Source of the DNA: a virus
Taxonomy: Duplodnaviria; Heunggongvirae; Uroviricota; Caudoviricetes
Length of the DNA stretch: 54,989 bases
Reading direction: 5' to 3' (one strand)
IMG/VR virus record: IMGVR_UViG_3300033146_003879
Span: 1-54,989 of that record
Part shown: positions 48,280 to 54,989 of the stretch, piece by piece
Layout of the letters: every line of letters starts with the position of its first letter
Numbering within the stretch: position 1 is the stretch's first letter
Made by a program: the position numbers and the translations under genes
Notes under the pieces: generated by a model
What the model saw: the letters and a program-made list of their open reading frames with translations, nothing else
Told to the model about the DNA's origin: nothing
Databases searched by the model: none

Positions 48280-48482
48280 AATCCTTCCTCCTTGCAAGCG
48301 TTGTTTATTTTAGATCCTGCGTTTAGCATATTAATGTAATAGGGGTGTAGGTACGTCAATGTGTTAGTGGTAACTGTGCGGAATACTCTTATCAATATAG
48401 GATAACCAAGGTTACTTATAGCGCGTGGAATATTCTCGGTAAGGCGTTTGTCCGATATTATAATGAATCTCTGCCACTGCAC
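48276..48482 (-). CDS. Array 2 short/degenerate member (ends NACKEEGL)
   Basis: About half the usual length; the expected ATGA junction at 48458-48461 reads ATAA. Confidence 0.5.
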   Translation of the reverse strand: MQWQRFIIISDKRLTENIPRAISNLGYPILIRVFRTVTTNTLTYLHPYYINMLNAGSKINNACKEEGL

Positions 48483-48826
48483 ATATTTGCTCTTATTTCC
48501 TTGAAGTCTGATAGGTTGCGATAGTACTTATTTCGCATACCTCCTCCCGAATATGCTATTCTGTAGTTGCTCATATCATACTTGTTCTTACCTTGTCGGA
48601 TGGGTAGTAGTGAGACACCTACAGATACTATAGGTTTTTCCGTACCATGAGGTGTAACATGCATGCTTGGGATAGGGCTTTCGCCGGGGTTGCACCCGAT
48701 AGAAACAAGAGCGTATTCTGCGGATCGGATCTCATTCAGGTTTGATATATAGATGAACAAGTAAGTATCTCCTCGGTCGAGCGCCCTTGTTATAGCGCCA
48801 ATAAGAAGCCTCTTTGATATTATCAT
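48458..48826 (-). CDS. Array 2 small protein, family A (ends NMCSGRDSL)
   Basis: Likely start MIISK; core EIRSAEYALVSIG. Confidence 0.75.
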   Translation of the reverse strand: MIISKRLLIGAITRALDRGDTYLFIYISNLNEIRSAEYALVSIGCNPGESPIPSMHVTPHGTEKPIVSVGVSLLPIRQGKNKYDMSNYRIAYSGGGMRNKYYRNLSDFKEIRANMCSGRDSL

Positions 48827-49311
48827 AATTCCCCCTCTTCTGCCATGTTTGTATCCAAGCTTACCTGCGTGCCGTATCCAACCAACCATTCCTTTAGCCA
48901 GCAGGCGCCTATGTTCGATACGCTTCCTGAATATCCTCCAGGGTGAACAACGCTCTCAAAGTCGTACCTGTTGTTATTCCCTTCGTACGTGCGCACAATA
49001 AGTATTTTCCCCGCCTCTGCTATCATCCTATTATTTACGTACGCTCTATTTGCGCTAAGGTGGTATTCAGCGTCAGACAGCGCAGCGTCATCCATTGCCC
49101 TCGAGTAGGTGTCGAAGAATCCACCGCGGCGGAATTCCTTGTGAAGGTCTTCCTTGACGGATCTCTTGCGGCGGAGGGATTCCATGCTAGAATATTCTTC
49201 AGACAGTACTTCTAATTGACGAAAGTACGCTACTGGTTTTATCCTCACGATCCTTTCTCCTTTATTTAACGTTCTCATAACTCTCCTTTCTCCTTCATTT
49301 AACGGTCTCAT
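48823..49311 (-). CDS. Array 2 small protein, family B (ends NMAEEGEL)
   Basis: Close paralogue of 49616-50014 (GGF[FY]DTYSR, W-x-x-EWL). Confidence 0.8.
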   Translation of the reverse strand: MRPLNEGERRVMRTLNKGERIVRIKPVAYFRQLEVLSEEYSSMESLRRKRSVKEDLHKEFRRGGFFDTYSRAMDDAALSDAEYHLSANRAYVNNRMIAEAGKILIVRTYEGNNNRYDFESVVHPGGYSGSVSNIGACWLKEWLVGYGTQVSLDTNMAEEGEL

Positions 49312-49319
49312 AACTCTCC
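49251..49319. repeat. 33 bp tandem duplication of the SD/start region
   Basis: Gives MRPLNEGERRV/MRTLNKGERIV, with two GGAGAGTTATG starts. Confidence 0.8.
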
Positions 49320-49619
49320 AGCATTCACTATGTGCCCTTCAGTATTGCGCCATATGCGGTGCACCCAGTCGGGTATCCACATGAAACCCTCACCCCCGCG
49401 CTCTGTGATCATACGGTACTCGTATGGGGGATCTGATACAAGCTCTACATATATGACTCTCCCTGCGTAGGCCAACATTGCACGTAGGAATAGCGCCTCT
49501 CGTATAGGTATCTTTGAATTTGGGAATACTTGGGTACGAATCACGTTTGCTCCTTCTTTGAGAGCAGGAAACTTCCCCATGAAGTAGGCGTGACTTTTTA
49601 CCCTTACCTTAGTCTTCAT
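49308..49619 (-). CDS. Array 2 small protein, family B (ends HIVNAGEL)
   Basis: Likely start MKTKV; core RAMLAYAGRVIYV...WIPDWV. Confidence 0.75.
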   Translation of the reverse strand: MKTKVRVKSHAYFMGKFPALKEGANVIRTQVFPNSKIPIREALFLRAMLAYAGRVIYVELVSDPPYEYRMITERGGEGFMWIPDWVHRIWRNTEGHIVNAGEL

Positions 49620-50014
49620 AACTCCCCCTCCTTGACTACGTTCTTCGTAATATGTGTATCCGACCCGTCCTCTATGAGCCATTCCCTTATCCAAGCCGCT
49701 CCTACCTGGTGTTCGAAGGAGGTTTTGTTTAGTAGTGGCTGGTGTACGTAACTTGTGTAGTCATATTGCTTGTTGTCTCCTGTATAATGCGTTACTACGA
49801 TAGTTTTCCCAGCGAACTCTAACATCTTTGTGTTGACAAAGATACGATCAGCGCTGTCATTAGACCTTCGAGATTCCCCGTCATTTGTTTCGGTACGCCT
49901 CGAGTAGGTGTCATAAAACCCTCCACGCGTAACATCCTCTGAGAGTTCTCTGAGCCTATTGAAATAAGTCCTAGACTGCACTCGTACTTTCTTGTAGCCT
50001 TTCGGTAGTTTCAT
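49616..50014 (-). CDS. Array 2 small protein, family B (ends NVVKEGEL)
   Basis: Core TKMLEFAGKTIVV...WIREWL. Confidence 0.8.
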   Translation of the reverse strand: MKLPKGYKKVRVQSRTYFNRLRELSEDVTRGGFYDTYSRRTETNDGESRRSNDSADRIFVNTKMLEFAGKTIVVTHYTGDNKQYDYTSYVHQPLLNKTSFEHQVGAAWIREWLIEDGSDTHITKNVVKEGEL

Positions 50015-50310
50015 AGATCTCCTCCTTTAGTGTTGTCTCGTCGCAATCCTCTTGTTAGCCAGTCTTTATGCCAGAACCAGTTGCCTGAAGCCCCGCCTCT
50101 ATATGCGTACCTGTCGCTATCACTTAGTTTCTCAACCACTACCTCGGTTCCTGCAAGATTTATCATAGCTCTGTTTAAGAATACGCCCCCTGCGGTGGCG
50201 CCTGCACTGAATGAGAACCCCTCTTCCTGCTCCTCTACATCAGGAGAGTCATGTATAAGTCTGTGGAATCGGGACTTGCTGATAACCATCATCTTGACTC
50301 GCGTCTTCAT
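50011..50310 (-). CDS. Array 2 small protein, family B (ends DNTKGGDL)
   Basis: Likely start MKTRV; core RAMINLAGTEVVV...WHKDWL. Confidence 0.75.
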   Translation of the reverse strand: MKTRVKMMVISKSRFHRLIHDSPDVEEQEEGFSFSAGATAGGVFLNRAMINLAGTEVVVEKLSDSDRYAYRGGASGNWFWHKDWLTRGLRRDNTKGGDL

Positions 50311-50323
50311 ATTAGCTTTCCTC

Positions 50324-50713
50324 CTAGAGTTCACAATTTCCGTTTATGTTATTTAGAGCAATATCCTCAAGCCACATGCCGTGCATGTAATATGACAAAC
50401 CGGGTAGTTCGACCGCTTCCCATAACAAACTTGTCGGGGTAGGCTGGTCAGCCCCTTCTGCGTAATGTAACCGCCTACGCAATAGTACCGTATCTCCGGC
50501 CATACTGACAATGCTCTTGTGTAAGAATACTGAGTCTTCTCTTGTAATATTCTCTGTTGCCTCTCCTGAGAAGATAGGTAACTTCACCTTATACATGTGC
50601 GCGGTCTCCTCTGTCGTCGATTCTCGAGCTATTAACTCCTCAAAGAAGACTTTACTCTTACCTCGTTTTACTACCAATCTTGGTAGATCTCGGGTTGTTG
50701 TTGCTTTGTGCAT
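50324..50713 (-). CDS. Array 2 first small protein, family B (ends NINGNCEL)
   Basis: Core KSIVSMAGDTVLL...MHGMWL; AGGAGGAGGAG SD. Confidence 0.75.
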   Translation of the reverse strand: MHKATTTRDLPRLVVKRGKSKVFFEELIARESTTEETAHMYKVKLPIFSGEATENITREDSVFLHKSIVSMAGDTVLLRRRLHYAEGADQPTPTSLLWEAVELPGLSYYMHGMWLEDIALNNINGNCEL

Positions 50714-50856
50714 TAGGCTCCTCCTCCTATTTTAGTGTAAGTTCCCCCCTCTCGGCCAGGTGTTAATTTGAATAGTGGTGAAAGGGGGTTGGGTGACTCA
50801 TTCGTCAGTGTGCTCCTAAGAATAGGTGCAAGAAGTAGACGTGTGAGTTACATATA

Positions 50857-50873
50857 CTTATACCATATTATAG
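50857..50873 (-). promoter_or_regulatory. Class 1 motif heading array 2 (CTATAATATGGTATAAG; overlaps a CTATAAT)
   Basis: Same core as five other sites. Confidence 0.65.
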
Positions 50874-50880
50874 GGGTAAG

Positions 50881-51087
50881 CTAGGGGGTGTCAAGTGCGC
50901 TCTTCAACGTGTAGACGAGTCGCCTTAGTGAGTGACTGCTCGCTGCGCTATCTATAAGTCTCGCCGCTTCTTTTATATCTTCATCAGTGCTGTCTTTGTG
51001 AAGGTAGGGAAGAGCGAGTTTCAACTCATGTATAAGCGCAGCTACTTCTTGATCTACATGTCGTAGTACGGTATCACGCTTTACCAT
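50881..51087 (-). CDS. Hypothetical protein
   Basis: 68 aa, end of operon. Confidence 0.55.
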   Translation of the reverse strand: MVKRDTVLRHVDQEVAALIHELKLALPYLHKDSTDEDIKEAARLIDSAASSHSLRRLVYTLKSALDTP

Positions 51088-51760
51088 CTTCTTTCTCCTG
51101 GAGGCTGGCTTGATACTCTAAAGCCGCTTCCCTTCGTAGTACCGCCTCTCTTTTGTGGAGTGGACCGAACTTTGTGTTTGAGGCAAGTGCCTTAAACTCA
51201 ACTACCTTACATCCCGGTGTTACTGCTGCATATATCATTTGAGGGTAGGGTTGACCATCTTCCGTAAGGGTGTCGACGTGGGACTCTGCGAGGAGGACTC
51301 CGCTCGTTGCATCAAACACAATGCCTCCTTCTTTGTTCATTGTGATAACCATAACGCCTATTTTATCAAAACGCATAGTTACGGCTGCCTCTTGCTCGCT
51401 TGACATAACAGGAGCAAGTGTTTGTTTAACAGTAAGCTTAAGATTCTTCTTGATGTCAAACCGCCCGGTCATGTAAAGAGCAAAAGTAAACGCTACTGCT
51501 CGCGCTTGCTCATAATTCTGCATAGCAAGTATTTGGGGACGCTCTTTCTGCTGCTCAAGTGTCGCTTGCGGAATCGGGGTTAATAAATACATGTCTGTGG
51601 CATCTGCTTGCTCGTCTGTTAGATCAATGTTGCTAAGCAACGCGTTCTTGTTTCCCATGTAGTGAGCATCTGACTTGTCGTTGATGAGTCGTAGCGCCGA
51701 AAAAAGAACTGTTCCTTTCTCTGCTAACTCCGGTTTCTTTGCTCTTTTAGTTTGTGTCAT
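51074..51760 (-). CDS. Hypothetical protein
   Basis: Likely start MTQTK after GGAGGG. Confidence 0.65.
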   Translation of the reverse strand: MTQTKRAKKPELAEKGTVLFSALRLINDKSDAHYMGNKNALLSNIDLTDEQADATDMYLLTPIPQATLEQQKERPQILAMQNYEQARAVAFTFALYMTGRFDIKKNLKLTVKQTLAPVMSSEQEAAVTMRFDKIGVMVITMNKEGGIVFDATSGVLLAESHVDTLTEDGQPYPQMIYAAVTPGCKVVEFKALASNTKFGPLHKREAVLRREAALEYQASLQEKEDGKA

Positions 51761-52343
51761 GTGACCCTCCATCTGTCATGTCCCATAAGGTAGCAACCGT
51801 TTTGCACCCAGGTATAACATAACGTAGTCTGTTATTTGAAATTGATAGGCCTCCTGATACATCGGATTCTTTCGACATATACCAGTCAATAGGGCCGCTT
51901 GTTATAAACTCCTGAAACGCATCGCCGTCCACTATCTCAACAGCTCGTACGTTAAGCACATGCATATTGAACAATGCCGCCTTTGTTGACCTATCGGTTA
52001 TGCGTGTGCCTTTATCGTAAACATCGTTCGCCAGCATAGAACGCACCATATCTTCCTTCACTTGACGCACATCGGGAAATAACTTCATAAGTATTCCCTT
52101 CTTCTCTCCGTCATCTCTATCGATAAGTTCCATAAACACAGAATGGAGGAATTTATGGTCACGGCTCCGGTGTTGGTATTCTAGATCAGCTGTCTGTGTT
52201 AGTTTAGATATCTCATCCTGCTCTGCGTACACCGCAGCATTATCATAGGTAAGTATTGCGAGGTAGCTACTCTCCTTTTCGGTACTCTCAAGAGAGTTGG
52301 TAGGATCGGTTGGGGTAAGTCTGCGCTTTTTGATTGGTGTCAT
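51747..52343 (-). CDS. Hypothetical protein
   Basis: 198 aa, ATGA-coupled. Confidence 0.65.
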   Translation of the reverse strand: MTPIKKRRLTPTDPTNSLESTEKESSYLAILTYDNAAVYAEQDEISKLTQTADLEYQHRSRDHKFLHSVFMELIDRDDGEKKGILMKLFPDVRQVKEDMVRSMLANDVYDKGTRITDRSTKAALFNMHVLNVRAVEIVDGDAFQEFITSGPIDWYMSKESDVSGGLSISNNRLRYVIPGCKTVATLWDMTDGGSHDTN

Positions 52344-52783
52344 ACTAAGGTCTCCATATACTCTTTTATTTTGCGTATCCCTGCCGTCTTCTTTGTACTT
52401 ACATTTATTCCAGTAGCAACAATAAGGCTGTTGTACTTTGTGGGGCTCCTTCGAGGATTACTAGCGTATGTTGTATAATTACTGAATAGCTCCGCTGCTC
52501 CGACATCGCTACTGAAATGAAGTAAGGCGAGCATCGTTATGCGTGTGAGAACAGGTGTTACTTGCACCTTATCTAGGTGTCCTGCTGTAAGGTTTTCTTT
52601 ATGAATCTCAGCACATAACCACCCGAACCGGCACTGATTGAAGTGCCTGCACCCTTTCCCGTTCACCGTACACGCCGCATGCATAGACTTTGCTAATTGC
52701 AAGATTCCTTGCTGTTTAGTCAATGCAAATTTCTTCTTTTTCTTCACGGTAACGACGGGGTTAAAATAACCTCTATCCTCCAT
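52340..52783 (-). CDS. Hypothetical protein with four-Cys cluster
   Basis: CTVNGKGCRHFNQCRFGWLC; GGAGG SD; TTGACA at 52836-52841 upstream. Confidence 0.6.
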   Translation of the reverse strand: MEDRGYFNPVVTVKKKKKFALTKQQGILQLAKSMHAACTVNGKGCRHFNQCRFGWLCAEIHKENLTAGHLDKVQVTPVLTRITMLALLHFSSDVGAAELFSNYTTYASNPRRSPTKYNSLIVATGINVSTKKTAGIRKIKEYMETLV

Positions 52784-52850
52784 GATGCCTCCATGTCAAA
52801 ACAAGATACGATATACTGCCTCGGCATGTCTTTTGTGTCAAGTTTTTGTG

Positions 52851-53603
52851 TTATTTATTTTTAAGAGCGTCTCGCACTTGGTAAAAAGTAGATGCGGTTA
52901 ACATTGTCATGGGTAGAGCTTTGTACATTAAGTTTGTGCGGCCTTTGTCTTCGTCCAGTATAACCTTGAGTTTCTTCGCAAACTCAACCTTACCTTTTGA
53001 AGAGTATATAGCTGGGAGTACGTGGTCAAATATCAATTCGTTTGTCTTCTTCAGCCTGAACTTGAGTGCTGTGTTAGCTCCATCTAACAGCTCAGGTAAA
53101 CTTCCCTCTACAACTCTCCTATCCGGGAAGTAGTCGGTACCGTCCTTGTATACTGACATAGCGATAACATCGGCCACTTCTGTTGATAGTGGGGAAAGGT
53201 CGTGGGGTACTTTTAGTAAGTAGCACAACACCACATACGCTTCTGCGTATTGAAATGCTGGGCTGTACAGCGCTTCAGCGTAATTAGGGTTCATGCCGAG
53301 TACTAACTGAGATGCGCTCTGAAAGACATGTGGGTCGTCAAACACAATCGACGGGTTTAATGCGAGGACCTGTATCAACGAGAATATATCTGCTAGCTTT
53401 CCCGGAAGAGGCTCCCCTACTTCGTCGGAATACTCCTGCGCAACGTAATCAAGTTCGAGCGCGTGCTGTTCATCATTCGAGAAACTTGTGACAAAGGCCT
53501 TGTATAATTTAGCAAAGCTTACTGTGGGGTTTTCTTTACCATATGCCTTTATGTAGGCAATGAACTTGCCCATACTGTCGTCTCTAATGATGTCGGTAGC
53601 CAT
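52851..53603 (-). CDS. Hypothetical, probably virion-associated, protein
   Basis: 250 aa, co-transcribed with 53605-54927. Confidence 0.55.
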   Translation of the reverse strand: MATDIIRDDSMGKFIAYIKAYGKENPTVSFAKLYKAFVTSFSNDEQHALELDYVAQEYSDEVGEPLPGKLADIFSLIQVLALNPSIVFDDPHVFQSASQLVLGMNPNYAEALYSPAFQYAEAYVVLCYLLKVPHDLSPLSTEVADVIAMSVYKDGTDYFPDRRVVEGSLPELLDGANTALKFRLKKTNELIFDHVLPAIYSSKGKVEFAKKLKVILDEDKGRTNLMYKALPMTMLTASTFYQVRDALKNK

Positions 53604-53604
53604 G

Positions 53605-54927
53605 TTAGTCCTCTTCTACTATGGAGTCCTCATGAAGTAGACCCTCGTCTGGCTCTAAATCAGAAAAGAGTGGAACAATGAGCCTTGCTTTAAACAACTC
53701 TGCGAGTTCCGGATCTTTTTCGCTAACAGACGCAATAAGCTTCATGAAACTTCTCAGTTTATCAATAGTGATAGAATGTTTATCTTCATCATAAACGTAA
53801 TTAGCAAGTGACGGTGTATACTTCGAGGTCGCTTCTCGCTTCGTCATGCTATGTAATTTTGTTAAGTCGACAGGATGCCCGGAAACATGTACGATAGCCT
53901 CACTCACCGCTGGTATCTTTGTGTTGTATACCATTTCGTGGACGGTTCCGTTCTCAGGATCTTCATCGAGAACTTTAACAAGGGCGTCGTGCAAGGCTTT
54001 CTGCTCTTTGCTGTTGTTCAGAGTCACATCACCTTCTTCTGTTACTCTCTTCTGTACTGCCTCGCTCAACGCTTCTAGCTCTCCTGTGTCATCAAGCATT
54101 GCTCTCATTGTGTCAATTGTACCTTTCAGTGCGATAAGGTCTGTGTGGGTAAGGCCTACTTTCTGCAGGTGTGTGTTGGTGAGCATGTGTTTATCGTACG
54201 CTATAAGCGCGGCCTTCTTCTCCATCTCAGTCAGTCCTAAATAGTTACCCTCCAGAGAGGCAATCTTGTCAGACACCTCTGACACGGCTAGAGCATCTTT
54301 CTCTCCACCGTCATTGTGGCTGATAGTCACATTGATGAGTTTATCTCCATCACGGACGGTTATATTACCATCTTTAGCGTCTTCAATAAAAGCAAGAACT
54401 TTCTCGGTAACTTCATCTCCGAGATCTTCTTTTGCCTCTTCTGTGACACCTTCGACAATATCTTTATCCATGTGACTTTCTTGTGCCTTTGCGTAAAGCA
54501 AGGATAGGATAGATTCAAGCGGGTCAGCATGCATTGGGAAGTCATCCCCTGTTACCATGTGTGGATTCCCGAATCCCTGAGCCTCAAGAAGATGCTGTCT
54601 AATACCCATTCCTTGTCCACCGAGTAACCTTGGGCCAATCTCTTTGTGTAAGGTTCGTACTGACTGTATGCTTATGCCGTTTGGTGTAAGTGTTACTTTC
54701 GTCTCACCGGGGTCTCTGTCAGCATCACTTGTAAGTCCGGGAAGCATTCCCGGAGGTAATATTCCACCAAGCATTCCGTCTATCATCATATCCGGGATGT
54801 CTGCTCTCCCGCAACCTTCCGGCATTCCACTAATAGCACCTTGCGGTACAAGCTGACTCAGTAGGCTGTGCAGCCTTGTTAAATGCCTATCTCCTAATGG
54901 TCCAACGACCTTAACAACTTTTACCAT
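53605..54927 (-). CDS. Acidic putative head/scaffold-associated protein with K-x-A motifs
   Basis: 440 aa; DKIASL, EKKAAL; follows a CTATAAT motif. Confidence 0.5.
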   Translation of the reverse strand: MVKVVKVVGPLGDRHLTRLHSLLSQLVPQGAISGMPEGCGRADIPDMMIDGMLGGILPPGMLPGLTSDADRDPGETKVTLTPNGISIQSVRTLHKEIGPRLLGGQGMGIRQHLLEAQGFGNPHMVTGDDFPMHADPLESILSLLYAKAQESHMDKDIVEGVTEEAKEDLGDEVTEKVLAFIEDAKDGNITVRDGDKLINVTISHNDGGEKDALAVSEVSDKIASLEGNYLGLTEMEKKAALIAYDKHMLTNTHLQKVGLTHTDLIALKGTIDTMRAMLDDTGELEALSEAVQKRVTEEGDVTLNNSKEQKALHDALVKVLDEDPENGTVHEMVYNTKIPAVSEAIVHVSGHPVDLTKLHSMTKREATSKYTPSLANYVYDEDKHSITIDKLRSFMKLIASVSEKDPELAELFKARLIVPLFSDLEPDEGLLHEDSIVEED

Positions 54928-54957
54928 CTGTCATACCCTCCGATAGTATTCATCTTA

Positions 54958-54964
54958 ATTATAG
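54958..54964 (-). promoter_or_regulatory. CTATAAT motif (class 2)
   Basis: About 31 nt upstream of 54927. Confidence 0.5.
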
Positions 54965-54989
54965 CCTAAGCACTACATTCCGCTGAGTG

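Noticed and set aside
20486-50713. Integron-like cassette arrays or CRISPR arrays
   Set aside because: No attC-like palindromes or conserved direct repeats between genes, which overlap or are about 10 nt apart; no integrase or cas gene in the window.
121-54856. Numerous antisense/shadow ORFs in the track (e.g. 8122-8724+, 9174-9932+, 45072-45845-, 39684-39995-)
   Set aside because: They lie opposite well-supported genes and lack SD sequences or recognisable motifs.

Overview
This window is a 55 kb segment of a large tailed dsDNA phage genome, probably jumbo-class, read in the standard code. The spanin-like pair suggests a diderm host. No host housekeeping operon, rRNA, tRNA or CRISPR array was seen. 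Recognisable genes are: three tail-fibre-like proteins with a shared N-terminal module; a family A DNA polymerase; a degenerate Dam-like protein; a YhaM-like OB+HD nuclease; a baseplate-like protein; a HExxH peptidase; a RuvC-like resolvase that appears to start at ATT; a tape-measure-like protein; a sigma70-family factor; a large terminase; a spanin/holin cassette; and a 2032 aa single-chain beta-beta' RNA polymerase. Three things stand out. (1) Two arrays (about 19.9-25.2 kb and 46.9-50.7 kb) hold about 23 small proteins from several sequence families that all end in the same loose motif, [N/H]-usually hydrophobic-x(2-5)-[G/E/D-rich]-[L/I]-COOH. (2) The minimised fused RNA polymerase and the sigma factor come with three separable promoter-like motif classes: ATRTGGTATAAG before small-gene clusters, CTATAAT before structural/lysis operons, and canonical sigma70 promoters. 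(3) A K-x-A motif recurs in putative virion proteins. All assignments come from reading motifs by eye; no database search was run.
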